A DNA stretch of 60,000 nt, taken from the NCBI GenBank assembly GCA_965235115.1, contig OZ249436.1, forward strand, positions 40,550,001 to 40,610,000, written 5' to 3'. Shown here one piece after another: positions 1 through 10,990 of this stretch. Under the pieces are notes generated by a model. That model was not told the origin of the DNA. It searched no databases and worked only from the letters and a program-made list of their open reading frames with translations. Source of the DNA: Laetmonice hystrix. Its lineage: Eukaryota. The translations under genes were made by a program, and so were the position numbers. Numbering within the stretch: position 1 is the stretch's first letter; each line of letters starts with the position of its first letter.

Positions 1-450
1 GCTTGAGTCACTGAAACAGGATGCCTATATAGGCTTAAGGTGCGATTGAAGGTGAGACCAAAACCATCAAGCCTTCGTCTCGCATTTTTTTGAAGGGCAG
101 TTCTATTTACAACTTCAAATAACACAGCTTCTGGGATGAAAGAAAAAGGTGTTAGTTAGATAAAGTGTTTGTAACACATTTGAACGTAGGTGACGAAAGG
201 CCAGGATTCGTCTTATGACTTCAAAGAGTCACACCTTGATTTTGTATGACTCATAGTTGAGCTTTGAAGGTTCACACATGGGCCGGGATCACTTGAGTCT
301 CTATCACCTCTATCATACATTAAAGCATAAATTGTGTATTGCCCCTAAACACGTCGTCTTTTAATTGGTCATTGCAGTGTTTCCCTTCTTCCATCTAGTT
401 CTTATTTTATTTTTTTGAAACATAGGAAGGGGGAAAGTGAAATGTGGATA

Positions 451-532
451 GACGAGGTGGCCGAGTGGTTAAGGCGATGGACTGCTAATCCATTGGTCTC
501 TGCCCGCGTGGGTTCGAATCCCATCCTCGTCG
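451..532 (+). tRNA. tRNA-Ser(GCT), unit 1 (variable-arm variant GGTC-TCT-GCCC)
   Basis: 82-nt GACGAGG...CCTCGTCG cloverleaf, anticodon GCT at 484-486, A and B boxes, long variable arm, T6 run 3 nt downstream. Confidence 0.96.
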
Positions 533-535
533 AAG

Positions 536-541
536 TTTTTT
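536..541 (+). terminator. Pol III oligo-T terminator of tRNA-Ser (repeated in each unit)
   Basis: TTTTTT directly after the tRNA 3' end. Confidence 0.85.
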
Positions 542-608
542 GGGAAGAATTTGTCTCCTTATAGCTAATTTCCTATTCAATTGAGACACAAGATAGCAGT
601 GATGGAGC

Positions 609-625
609 CAGCCCTCTAGTGGCAG
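609..625 (-). promoter_or_regulatory. CTCF-like motif (repeated in each unit)
   Basis: Minus strand CTGCCACTAGAGGGCTG matches the CTCF core CCACYAGRKGGC; motif match only. Confidence 0.45.
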
Positions 626-942
626 AATACTGAAACGCCAGTTTGAAGAGGTGTCGGCCTTGGTGTTTTATATTCAACGTGGCCTCCATGCTTAAAACTT
701 AAGACGTCGTAGTACAAAACGAGGATTAATCCATAGATTCTTTACATTTCCCCTCCCCCAACAGGAATGGGATATTTATGCAGAAAAGGGTCTTCAATCC
801 GTTTTAATCGCGTTGCCGGGTGAGGTGAGAGACGATCGGTAGCAGAAATGTAATTTCCTGGTAGTCTCTAGACCAGGAAGATTGGGGAGTTTTGAAACCA
901 TGATGAAAGAGCAACAAAGATATCGAAAATAGAATTAATCGG

Positions 943-948
943 TTTATT
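943..948 (-). promoter_or_regulatory. Polyadenylation signal of the homeobox gene (repeated in each unit)
   Basis: AATAAA on minus strand ~138 nt downstream of the TAG stop at 1086; AATAGA in unit 12. Confidence 0.65.
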
Positions 949-1085
949 TGCATGATATTTACACATTCTAAGTAGTACAAGGGACGAAGATAATGTTTTC
1001 CTTGACCGTTCGTATAATCTCAGCAACATATAGCACCAAAGTGTTCACAAGAAATAATTGTGTTCGCTTCACAATTCAGTAACAA

Positions 1086-1838
1086 CTATTCTCTGCAGAT
1101 CCCGTCAAACTGCACCAGTCCTTCAACATTGCAACTCGGCCGCGGTCGCGTCAAGTCGTGCAAAGTAGAGAAGTTGGGACGTCTCTTGGTTGTGGGTTTG
1201 CAATCGTCTGTGGCCTCGTCAGAATGCACAGTTCGTTGACAAGTCTCTGGCCTGTCTGTTTTCCTTTTTCTCTTCTCTCTCATGGAGCGTTCCCTTGCCA
1301 TCCAGTTACGCACCCACTGAGAAGTTCGGCCCAGCTCCTTTGCAAGTCGGTCTGCCTCGTCGGACGTAGGGTACGGATAGTCGACGTTTTCCCGGAACCA
1401 CTTGCGCAGCACTGAGGAAGTTGGCGTCTCCGCTCTGGTCTGGGTCCGTCGCACTGGACGGAGTCGCTTGGGCCTGGCTAGCTTCCTATAGCAGATCCTG
1501 GTAGGTGGCGCTACTGGACACGAAGGCGGCATGGGTACGGGATAAGTCAGAGATACGGCCGACTTGTAACGGACAAAACTGTCGATGGAATGATCAAGTA
1601 GCACGTGTCTCTCGTTGTCATAGAACTGGTGGATGGTCGGCTGGAATCTCAGGTTGTCAGCGTGTCCGTACTCGGCTTGAAGGCGCAGCGTCTCGAGGGT
1701 CCTTGTCTCTTGTAAGTAGCACTCAACCACGTCTCCAACCATCTGGAGTTGTTTGTCTTCTGGAAACTGTCGACCTGGTGGAGGAACCCAACGTGCCGAT
1801 GATGTAAACTTGTACATCCTTGGAACTGCCTCTGGCAT
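1086..1838 (-). CDS. Divergent TALE-class homeodomain protein, 250-aa derived allele, unit 1
   Basis: VLRKWFRENVDYPYPTSDEADRLAKELGRTSQWVRNWMARER has TALE spacing and PYP; intronless; N-terminus frameshifted relative to the 309-aa allele, so possibly a pseudogene. Confidence 0.7.
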   Translation of the reverse strand: MPEAVPRMYKFTSSARWVPPPGRQFPEDKQLQMVGDVVECYLQETRTLETLRLQAEYGHADNLRFQPTIHQFYDNERHVLLDHSIDSFVRYKSAVSLTYPVPMPPSCPVAPPTRICYRKLARPKRLRPVRRTQTRAETPTSSVLRKWFRENVDYPYPTSDEADRLAKELGRTSQWVRNWMARERSMREKRKRKTDRPETCQRTVHSDEATDDCKPTTKRRPNFSTLHDLTRPRPSCNVEGLVQFDGICRE

Positions 1839-2014
1839 CAGCCGGCCCGCAGGGACGTAGAGGGTGTGTTACGGGAGGGCTTCCAGGTACCGGCCTCCAG
1901 GCTGCTCCACTCTGGGTCGTCTGGAGACATGGGAGCTATGACAATCGGGGCGACCTCGACCAGGCTGGTGTCGACCGCCGGCCGACTTGTTACATTCCTA
2001 GGTCGGTAATCCAT
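1838..2014 (-). other. 58-codon uORF (original N-terminus MDYRPRNVTS...SLRAG*), present in units 1-8
   Basis: Kozak-context ATG GCCACACCATGG at 2014; CGA>TGA at 1840-1838 overlaps ATG at 1838-1836. Confidence 0.8.
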
Positions 2015-2110
2015 GGTGTGGCAGCTGTGGTAAGTTGAAGGTAGCTTTGATGGTGATGTGACTGCAGCGATACCTTGGGCGGATCTGTGCTTGAGTCACT
2101 GAAACAGGAT

Positions 2111-2122
2111 GCCTATATAGGC
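2111..2122 (-). promoter_or_regulatory. TATA-like box of the homeobox gene (repeated in each unit)
   Basis: Palindromic GCCTATATAGGC ~100 nt upstream of the Kozak ATG. Confidence 0.55.
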
Positions 2123-2538
2123 TTAAGGTGCGATTGAAGGTGAGACCAAAACCATCAAGCCTTCGTCTCGCATTTTTTTGAAGGGCAGTTCTATTTACAA
2201 CTTCAAATAACACAGCTTCTGGGATGAAAGAAAAAGGTGTTAGTTAGATAAAGTGTTTGTAACACATTTGAACGTAGGTGACGAAAGGCCAGGATTCGTC
2301 TTATGACTTCAAAGAGTCACACCTTGATTTTGTATGACTCATAGTTGAGCTTTGAAGGTTCACACATGGGCCGGGATCACTTGAGTCTCTATCACCTCTA
2401 TCATACATTAAAGCATAAATTGTGTATTGCCCCTAAACACGTCGTCTTTTAATTGGTCATTGCAGTGTTTCCCTTCTTCCATCTAGTTCTTATTTTATTT
2501 TTTTGAAACATAGGAAGGGGGAAAGTGAAATGTGGATA

Positions 2539-2620
2539 GACGAGGTGGCCGAGTGGTTAAGGCGATGGACTGCTAATCCATTGGTCTCTGCCCGCGTGGG
2601 TTCGAATCCCATCCTCGTCG
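2539..2620 (+). tRNA. tRNA-Ser(GCT), unit 2 (variable-arm variant)
   Basis: Identical to unit 1 tRNA. Confidence 0.96.
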
Positions 2621-3173
2621 AAGTTTTTTGGCAAGAATTTGTCTCCTTATAGCTAATTTCCTATTCAATTGAGACACAAGATAGCAGTGATGGAGCCAGC
2701 CCTCTAGTGGCAGAATACTGAAACGCCAGTTTGAAGAGGTGTCGGCCTTGGTGTTTTATATTCAACGTGGCCTCCATGCTTAAAACTTAAGACGTCGTAG
2801 TACAAAACGAGGAGTAATCCATAGATTCTTTACATTTCCCCTCGCCCAACAGGAATGGGATATTTATGCAGAAAAGGGTCTTCAATCCGTTTTAATCGCG
2901 TTGCCGGGTGAGGTGAGAGACGATCGGTAGCAGAAATGTAATTTCCTGGTAGTCTCTAGACCAGGAAGATTGGGGAGTTTTGAAACCATGATGAAAGAGC
3001 AACAAAGATATCGAAAATAGAATTAATCGGTTTATTTGCATGATATTTACACATTCTAAGTAGTACAAGGGACGAAGATAATGTTTTCCTTGACCGTTCG
3101 TATAATCTCAGCAACATATAGCACCAAAGTGTTCACAAGAAATAATTGTGTTCGCTTCACAATTCAGTAACAA

Positions 3174-3926
3174 CTATTCTCTGCAGATCCCGTCAAACTG
3201 CACCAGTCCTTCAACATTGCAACTCGGCCGCGGTCGCGTCAAGTCGTGCAAAGTAGAGAAGTTGGGACGTCTCTTGGTTGTGGGTTTGCAATCGTCTGTG
3301 GCCTCGTCAGAATGCACAGTTCGTTGACAAGTCTCTGGCCTGTCTGTTTTCCTTTTTCTCTTCTCTCTCATGGAGCGTTCCCTTGCCATCCAGTTACGCA
3401 CCCACTGAGAAGTTCGGCCCAGCTCCTTTGCAAGTCGGTCTGCCTCGTCGGACGTAGGGTACGGATAGTCGACGTTTTCCCGGAACCACTTGCGCAGCAC
3501 TGAGGAAGTTGGCGTCTCCGCTCTGGTCTGGGTCCGTCGCACTGGACGGAGTCGCTTGGGCCTGGCTAGCTTCCTATAGCAGATCCTGGTAGGTGGCGCT
3601 ACTGGACACGAAGGCGGCATGGGTACGGGATAAGTCAGAGATACGGCCGACTTGTAACGGACAAAACTGTCGATGGAATGATCAAGTAGCACGTGTCTCT
3701 CGTTGTCATAGAACTGGTGGATGGTCGGCTGGAATCTCAGGTTGTCAGCGTGTCCGTACTCGGCTTGAAGGCGCAGCGTCTCGAGGGTCCTTGTCTCTTG
3801 TAAGTAGCACTCAACCACGTCTCCAACCATCTGGAGTTGTTTGTCTTCTGGAAACTGTCGACCTGGTGGAGGAACCCAACGTGCCGATGATGTAAACTTG
3901 TACATCCTTGGAACTGCCTCTGGCAT
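3174..3926 (-). CDS. TALE homeodomain protein, 250-aa allele, unit 2
   Basis: Same ORF as unit 1. Confidence 0.7.
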   Translation of the reverse strand: MPEAVPRMYKFTSSARWVPPPGRQFPEDKQLQMVGDVVECYLQETRTLETLRLQAEYGHADNLRFQPTIHQFYDNERHVLLDHSIDSFVRYKSAVSLTYPVPMPPSCPVAPPTRICYRKLARPKRLRPVRRTQTRAETPTSSVLRKWFRENVDYPYPTSDEADRLAKELGRTSQWVRNWMARERSMREKRKRKTDRPETCQRTVHSDEATDDCKPTTKRRPNFSTLHDLTRPRPSCNVEGLVQFDGICRE

Positions 3927-4635
3927 CAGCCGGCCCGCAGGGACGTAGAGGGTGTGTTACGGGAGGGCTTCCAGGTACCGGCCTCCAGGCTGCTCCACTC
4001 TGGGTCGTCTGGAGACATGGGAGCGATGACAATCGGGGCGACCTCGACCAGGCTGGTGTCGACCGCCGGCCGACTTGTTACATTCCTAGGTCGGTAATCC
4101 ATGGTGTGGCAGCTGTGGTAAGTTGAAGGTAGCTTTGATGGTGATGTGACTGCAGCGATACCTTGGGCGGATCTGTGCTTGAGTCACTGAAACAGGATGC
4201 CTATATAGGCGTCTTCATCTTAAGGTGCGATTGAAGGTGAGACCAAAACCATCAAGCCTTCGTCTCGCATTTTTTTGAAGGGCAGTTCTATTTACAACTT
4301 CAAATAACACAGCTTCTGGGATGAAAGAAAAAGGTGTTAGTTAAATAAAGTGTTTGTAACACATTTGAACGTAGGTGACGAAAGGCCAGGATTCGTCTTA
4401 TGACTTCAAAGAGTCACACCTTGATTTTGTATGACTCATAGTTGAGCTTCAAAGGTTCACACATGGGCCGGGATGACTTGAGTCTCTATCACCTCTATCA
4501 TACATTAAAGCATAAATTGTGTATTGCCCCTAAACACGTCGTCTTTTAATTGGTCATTGCAGTGTTTCCCTTCTTCCATCTAGTTCTTATTTTATTTTTT
4601 TGAAACATAGAAAGGGGGAAAGTGAAATGTGGACA

Positions 4636-4717
4636 GACGAGGTGGCCGAGTGGTTAAGGCGATGGACTGCTAATCCATTGGGCTCTGCCCGCGTGGGTTC
4701 GAATCCCATCCTCGTCG
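4636..4717 (+). tRNA. tRNA-Ser(GCT), unit 3
   Basis: Full cloverleaf with paired GGGC-TCT-GCCC variable arm, T-run follows. Confidence 0.97.
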
Positions 4718-5270
4718 AAGTTTTTTGGGAAGAATTTGTCTCCTTATAGCTAATTTCCTATTCAATTGAGACACAAGATAGCAGTGATGGAGCCAGCCCT
4801 CTAGTAGCAGAATACTGAAACGCCAGTTTGAAGAGGTGTCGGCCTTGGTGTTTTATATTCAACGTGGCCTCCATGCTTAAAACTTAAGACGTCGTAGTAC
4901 AAAACGAGGATTAATCCATAGATTCTTTACATTTCCCCTCCCCCAACAGGAATGGGATATTTATGCAGAAAAGGGTCTTCAATCCGTTTTAATCGCGTTG
5001 CCGGGTGAGGTGAGAGACGATCGGTAGCAGAAATGTAATTTCCTGGTAGTCTCTAGACCAGGAAGATTGGGGAGTTTTGAAACCATGATGAAAGAGCAAC
5101 AAAGATATCGAAAATAGAATTAATCGGTTTATTTGCATGATATTTACACATTCTAAGTAGTACAAGGGACGAAGATCATGTTTTCCTTGACCGTTCGTAT
5201 AATCTCAGCAACATATAGCACCAAAGTGTTCACAAGAAATAATTGTGTTCGCTTCACAATTCAGTAACAA

Positions 5271-6023
5271 CTATTCTCTGCAGATCCCGTCAAACTGCAC
5301 CAGTCCTTCAACATTGCAACTCGGCCGCGGTCGCGTCAAGTCGTGCAAAGTAGAGAAGTTGGGACGTCTCTTGGTTGTGGGTTTGCAATCGTCTGTGGCC
5401 TCGTCAGAATGCACAGTTCGTTGACAAGTCTCTGGCCTGTCTGTTTTCCTTTTTCTCTTCTCTCTCATGGAGCGTTCCCTTGCCATCCAGTTACGCACCC
5501 ACTGAGAAGTTCGGCCCAGCTCCTTTGCAAGTCGGTCTGCCTCGTCGGACGTAGGGTACGGATAGTCGACGTTTTCCCGGAACCACTTGCGCAGCACTGA
5601 GGAAGTTGGCGTCTCCGCTCTGGTCTGGGTCCGTCGCACTGGACGGAGTCGCTTGGGCCTGGCTGGCTTCCTATAGCAGATCCTGGTAGGTGGCGCTACT
5701 GGACACGAAGGCGGCATGGGTACGGGATAAGTCAGAGATACGGCCGACTTGTAACGGACAAAACTGTCGATGGAATGATCAAGTAGCACGTGTCTCTCGT
5801 TGTCATAGAACTGGTGGATGGTCGGCTGGAATCTCAGGTTGTCAGCGTGTCCGTACTCGGCTTGAAGGCGCAGCGTCTCGAGGGTCCTTGTCTCTTGTAA
5901 GTAGCACTCAACCACGTCTCCAACCATCTGGAGTTGTTTGTCTTCTGGAAACTGTCGACCTGGTGGAGGAACCCAACGTGCCGATGATGTAAACTTGTAC
6001 ATCCTTGGAACTGCCTCTGGCAT
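5271..6023 (-). CDS. TALE homeodomain protein, 250-aa allele, unit 3
   Basis: Same ORF, KPA instead of KLA. Confidence 0.7.
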   Translation of the reverse strand: MPEAVPRMYKFTSSARWVPPPGRQFPEDKQLQMVGDVVECYLQETRTLETLRLQAEYGHADNLRFQPTIHQFYDNERHVLLDHSIDSFVRYKSAVSLTYPVPMPPSCPVAPPTRICYRKPARPKRLRPVRRTQTRAETPTSSVLRKWFRENVDYPYPTSDEADRLAKELGRTSQWVRNWMARERSMREKRKRKTDRPETCQRTVHSDEATDDCKPTTKRRPNFSTLHDLTRPRPSCNVEGLVQFDGICRE

Positions 6024-6723
6024 CAGCCGGCCCGCAGGGACGTAGAGGGTGTGTTACGGGAGGGCTTCCAGGTACCGGCCTCCAGGCTGCTCCACTCTGG
6101 GTCGTCTGGAGACATGGGAGCTATGACAATCGGGGCGACCTCGACCAGGCTGGTGTCGACCGCCGGCCGACTTGTTACATTCCTAGGTCGGTAATCCATG
6201 GTGTGGCAGCTGTGGTAAGTTGAAGGTAGCTTTGATGGTGATGTGACTGCAGCGATACCTTGGGCGGATCTGTGCTTGAGTCACTGAAACAGGATGCCTA
6301 TATAGGCTTAAGGTGCGATTGAAGGTGAGACCAAAACCATCAAGCCTTCGTCTCGCATTTTTTTGAAGGGCAGTTCTATTTACAACTTCAAATAACACAG
6401 CTTCTGGGATGAAAGAAAAAGGTGTTAGTTAGATAAAGTGTTTGTAACACATTTGAACGTAGGTGACGAAAGGCCAGGATTCGTCTTATGACTTCAAAGA
6501 GTCACACCTTGATTTTGTATGACTCATAGTTGAGCTTCAAAGGTTCACACATGGGCCGGGATGACTTGAGTCTCTATCACCTCTATCATACATTAAAGCA
6601 TAAATTGTGTATTGCCCCTAAACACGTCGTCTTTTAATTGGTCATTGCAGTGTTTCCCTTCTTCCATCTAGTTCTTATTTTATTTTTTTGAAACATAGAA
6701 AGGGGGAAAGTGAAATGTGGACA

Positions 6724-6805
6724 GACGAGGTGGCCGAGTGGTTAAGGCGATGGACTGCTAATCCATTGGGCTCTGCCCGCGTGGGTTCGAATCCCATCCT
6801 CGTCG
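6724..6805 (+). tRNA. tRNA-Ser(GCT), unit 4
   Basis: Full cloverleaf, T-run follows. Confidence 0.97.
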
Positions 6806-7358
6806 AAGTTTTTTGGGAAGAATTTGTCTCCTTATAGCTAATTTCCTATTCAATTGAGACACAAGATAGCAGTGATGGAGCCAGCCCTCTAGTGGCAGAA
6901 TACTGAAACGCCAGTTTGAAGAAGTGTCGGCCTTGGTGTTTTATATTCAACGTGGCCTCCATGCTTAAAACTTAAGACGTCGTAGTACAAAACGAGGATT
7001 AATCCATAGATTCTTTACATTTCCCCTCCCCCAACAGGAATGGGATATTTATGCAGAAAAGGGTCTTCAATCCGTTTTAATCGCGTTGCCGGGTGAGGTG
7101 AGAGACGATCGGTAGCAGAAATGTAATTTCCTGGTAGTCTCTAGACCAGGAAGATTGGGGAGTTTTGAAACCATGATAAAAGAGCAACAAAGATATCGAA
7201 AATAGAATTAATCGGTTTATTTGCATGATATTTACACATTCTAAGTAGTACAAGGGACGAAGATCATGTTTTCCTTGACCGTTCGTATAATCTCAGCAAC
7301 ATATAGCACCAAAGTGTTCACAAGAAATAATTGTGTTCGCTTCACAATTCAGTAACAA

Positions 7359-8111
7359 CTATTCTCTGCAGATCCCGTCAAACTGCACCAGTCCTTCAAC
7401 ATTGCAACTCGGCCGCGGTCGCGTCAAGTCGTGCAAAGTAGAGAAGTTGGGACGTCTCTTGGTTGTGGGTTTGCAATCGTCTGTGGCCTCGTCAGAATGC
7501 ACAGTTCGTTGACAAGTCTCTGGCCTGTCTGTTTTCCTTTTTCTCTTCTCTCTCATGGAGCGTTCCCTTGCCATCCAGTTACGCACCCACTGAGAAGTTC
7601 GGCCCAGCTCCTTTGCAAGTCGGTCTGCCTCGTCGGACGTAGGGTACGGATAGTCGACGTTTTCCCGGAACCACTTGCGCAGCACTGAGGAAGTTGGCGT
7701 CTCCGCTCTGGTCTGGGTCCGTCGCACTGGACGGAGTCGCTTGGGCCTGGCTAGCTTCCTATAGCAGATCCTGGTAGGTGGCGCTACTGGACACGAAGGC
7801 GGCATGGGTACGGGATAAGTCAGAGATACGGCCGACTTGTAACGGACAAAACTGTCGATGGAATGATCAAGTAGCACGTGTCTCTCGTTGTCATAGAACT
7901 GGTGGATGGTCGGCTGGAATCTCAGGTTGTCAGCGTGTCCGTACTCGGCTTGAAGGCGCAGCGTCTCGAGGGTCCTTGTCTCTTGTAAGTAGCACTCAAC
8001 CACGTCTCCAACCATCTGGAGTTGTTTGTCTTCTGGAAACTGTCGACCTGGTGGAGGAACCCAACGTGCCGATGATGTAAACTTGTACATCCTTGGAACT
8101 GCCTCTGGCAT
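7359..8111 (-). CDS. TALE homeodomain protein, 250-aa allele, unit 4
   Basis: Same ORF as unit 1. Confidence 0.7.
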   Translation of the reverse strand: MPEAVPRMYKFTSSARWVPPPGRQFPEDKQLQMVGDVVECYLQETRTLETLRLQAEYGHADNLRFQPTIHQFYDNERHVLLDHSIDSFVRYKSAVSLTYPVPMPPSCPVAPPTRICYRKLARPKRLRPVRRTQTRAETPTSSVLRKWFRENVDYPYPTSDEADRLAKELGRTSQWVRNWMARERSMREKRKRKTDRPETCQRTVHSDEATDDCKPTTKRRPNFSTLHDLTRPRPSCNVEGLVQFDGICRE

Positions 8112-8820
8112 CAGCCGGCCCGCAGGGACGTAGAGGGTGTGTTACGGGAGGGCTTCCAGGTACCGGCCTCCAGGCTGCTCCACTCTGGGTCGTCTGGAGA
8201 CATGGGAGCGATGACAATCGGGGCGACCTCGACCAGGCTGGTGTCGACCGCCGGCCGACTTGTTACATTCCTAGGTCGGTAATCCATGGTGTGGCAGCTG
8301 TGGTAAGTTGAAGGTAGCTTTGATGGTGATGTGACTGCAGCGATACCTTGGGCGGATCTGTGCTTGAGTCACTGAAACAGGATGCCTATATAGGCGTCTT
8401 CATCTTAAGGTGCGATTGAAGGTGAGACCAAAACCATCAAGCCTTCGTCTCGCATTTTTTTGAAGGGCAGTTCTATTTACAACTTCAAATAACACAGCTT
8501 CTGGGATGAAAGAAAAAGGTGTTAGTTAAATAAAGTGTTTGTAACACATTTGAACGTAGGTGACGAAAGGCCAGGATTCGTCTTATGACTTCAAAGAGTC
8601 ACACCTTGATTTTGTATGACTCATAGTTGAGCTTCAAAGGTTCACACATGGGCCGGGATGACTTGAGTCTCTATCACCTCTATCATACATTAAAGCATAA
8701 ATTGTGTATTGCCCCTAAACACGTCGTCTTTTAATTGGTCATTGCAGTGTTTCCCTTCTTCCATCTAGTTCTTATTTTATTTTTTTGAAACATAGAAAGG
8801 GGGAAAGTGAAATGTGGACA

Positions 8821-8902
8821 GACGAGGTGGCCGAGTGGTTAAGGCGATGGACTGCTAATCCATTGGGCTCTGCCCGCGTGGGTTCGAATCCCATCCTCGT
8901 CG
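8821..8902 (+). tRNA. tRNA-Ser(GCT), unit 5
   Basis: Full cloverleaf, T-run follows. Confidence 0.97.
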
Positions 8903-9455
8903 AAGTTTTTTGGGAAGAATTTGTCTCCTTATAGCTAATTTCCTATTCAATTGAGACACAAGATAGCAGTGATGGAGCCAGCCCTCTAGTAGCAGAATAC
9001 TGAAACGCCAGTTTGAAGAGGTGTCGGCCTTGGTGTTTTATATTCAACGTGGCCTCCATGCTTAAAACTTAAGACGTCGTAGTACAAAACGAGGATTAAT
9101 CCATAGATTCTTTACATTTCCCCTCCCCCAACAGGAATGGGATATTTATGCAGAAAAGGGTCTTCAATCCGTTTTAATCGCGTTGCCGGGTGAGGTGAGA
9201 GACGATCGGTAGCAGAAATGTAATTTCCTGGTAGTCTCTAGACCAGGAAGATTGGGGAGTTTTGAAACCATGATGAAAGAGCAACAAAGATATCGAAAAT
9301 AGAATTAATCGGTTTATTTGCATGATATTTACACATTCTAAGTAGTACAAGGGACGAAGATCATGTTTTCCTTGACCGTTCGTATAATCTCAGCAACATA
9401 TAGCACCAAAGTGTTCACAAGAAATAATTGTGTTCGCTTCACAATTCAGTAACAA

Positions 9456-10208
9456 CTATTCTCTGCAGATCCCGTCAAACTGCACCAGTCCTTCAACATT
9501 GCAACTCGGCCGCGGTCGCGTCAAGTCGTGCAAAGTAGAGAAGTTGGGACGTCTCTTGGTTGTGGGTTTGCAATCGTCTGTGGCCTCGTCAGAATGCACA
9601 GTTCGTTGACAAGTCTCTGGCCTGTCTGTTTTCCTTTTTCTCTTCTCTCTCATGGAGCGTTCCCTTGCCATCCAGTTACGCACCCACTGAGAAGTTCGGC
9701 CCAGCTCCTTTGCAAGTCGGTCTGCCTCGTCGGACGTAGGGTACGGATAGTCGACGTTTTCCCGGAACCACTTGCGCAGCACTGAGGAAGTTGGCGTCTC
9801 CGCTCTGGTCTGGGTCCGTCGCACTGGACGGAGTCGCTTGGGCCTGGCTGGCTTCCTATAGCAGATCCTGGTAGGTGGCGCTACTGGACACGAAGGCGGC
9901 ATGGGTATGGGATAAGTCAGAGATACGGCCGACTTGTAACGGACAAAACTGTCGATGGAATGATCAAGTAGCACGTGTCTCTCGTTGTCATAGAACTGGT
10001 GGATGGTCGGCTGGAATCTCAGGTTGTCAGCGTGTCCGTACTCGGCTTGAAGGCGCAGCGTCTCGAGGGTCCTTGTCTCTTGTAAGTAGCACTCAACCAC
10101 GTCTCCAACCATCTGGAGTTGTTTGTCTTCTGGAAACTGTCGACCTGGTGGAGGAACCCAACGTGCCGATGATGTAAACTTGTACATCCTTGGAACTGCC
10201 TCTGGCAT
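9456..10208 (-). CDS. TALE homeodomain protein, 250-aa allele, unit 5
   Basis: Same ORF, YPI variant. Confidence 0.7.
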   Translation of the reverse strand: MPEAVPRMYKFTSSARWVPPPGRQFPEDKQLQMVGDVVECYLQETRTLETLRLQAEYGHADNLRFQPTIHQFYDNERHVLLDHSIDSFVRYKSAVSLTYPIPMPPSCPVAPPTRICYRKPARPKRLRPVRRTQTRAETPTSSVLRKWFRENVDYPYPTSDEADRLAKELGRTSQWVRNWMARERSMREKRKRKTDRPETCQRTVHSDEATDDCKPTTKRRPNFSTLHDLTRPRPSCNVEGLVQFDGICRE

Positions 10209-10908
10209 CAGCCGGCCCGCAGGGACGTAGAGGGTGTGTTACGGGAGGGCTTCCAGGTACCGGCCTCCAGGCTGCTCCACTCTGGGTCGTCTGGAGACAT
10301 GGGAGCTATGACAATCGGGGCGACCTCGACCAGGCTGGTGTCGACCGCCGGCCGACTTGTTACATTCCTAGGTCGGTAATCCATGGTGTGGCAGCTGTGG
10401 TAAGTTGAAGGTAGCTTTGATGGTGATGTGACTGCAGCGATACCTTGGGCGGATCTGTGCTTGAGTCACTGAAACAGGATGCCTATATAGGCTTAAGGTG
10501 CGATTGAAGGTGAGACCAAAACCATCAAGCCTTCGTCTCGCATTTTTTTGAAGGGCAGTTCTATTTACAACTTCAAATAACACAGCTTCTGGGATGAAAG
10601 AAAAAGGTGTTAGTTAGATAAAGTGTTTGTAACACATTTGAACGTAGGTGACGAAAGGCCAGGATTCGTCTTATGACTTCAAAGAGTCACACCTTGATTT
10701 TGTATGACTCATAGTTGAGCTTCAAAGGTTCACACATGGGCCGGGATGACTTGAGTCTCTATCACCTCTATCATACATTAAAGCATAAATTGTGTATTGC
10801 CCCTAAACACGTCGTCTTTTAATTGGTCATTGCAGTGTTTCCCTTCTTCCATCTAGTTCTTATTTTATTTTTTTGAAACATAGAAAGGGGGAAAGTGAAA
10901 TGTGGACA

Positions 10909-10990
10909 GACGAGGTGGCCGAGTGGTTAAGGCGATGGACTGCTAATCCATTGGGCTCTGCCCGCGTGGGTTCGAATCCCATCCTCGTCG
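10909..10990 (+). tRNA. tRNA-Ser(GCT), unit 6
   Basis: Full cloverleaf, T-run follows. Confidence 0.97.

Noticed and set aside
1158..2213. Repeated small ORFs in each unit (85, 100 and 72 aa on +; 71 and 73 aa on -)
   Set aside because: Antisense or alternative frames of the homeobox gene and spacer, mostly non-ATG starts; recurrence only reflects the tandem repeat
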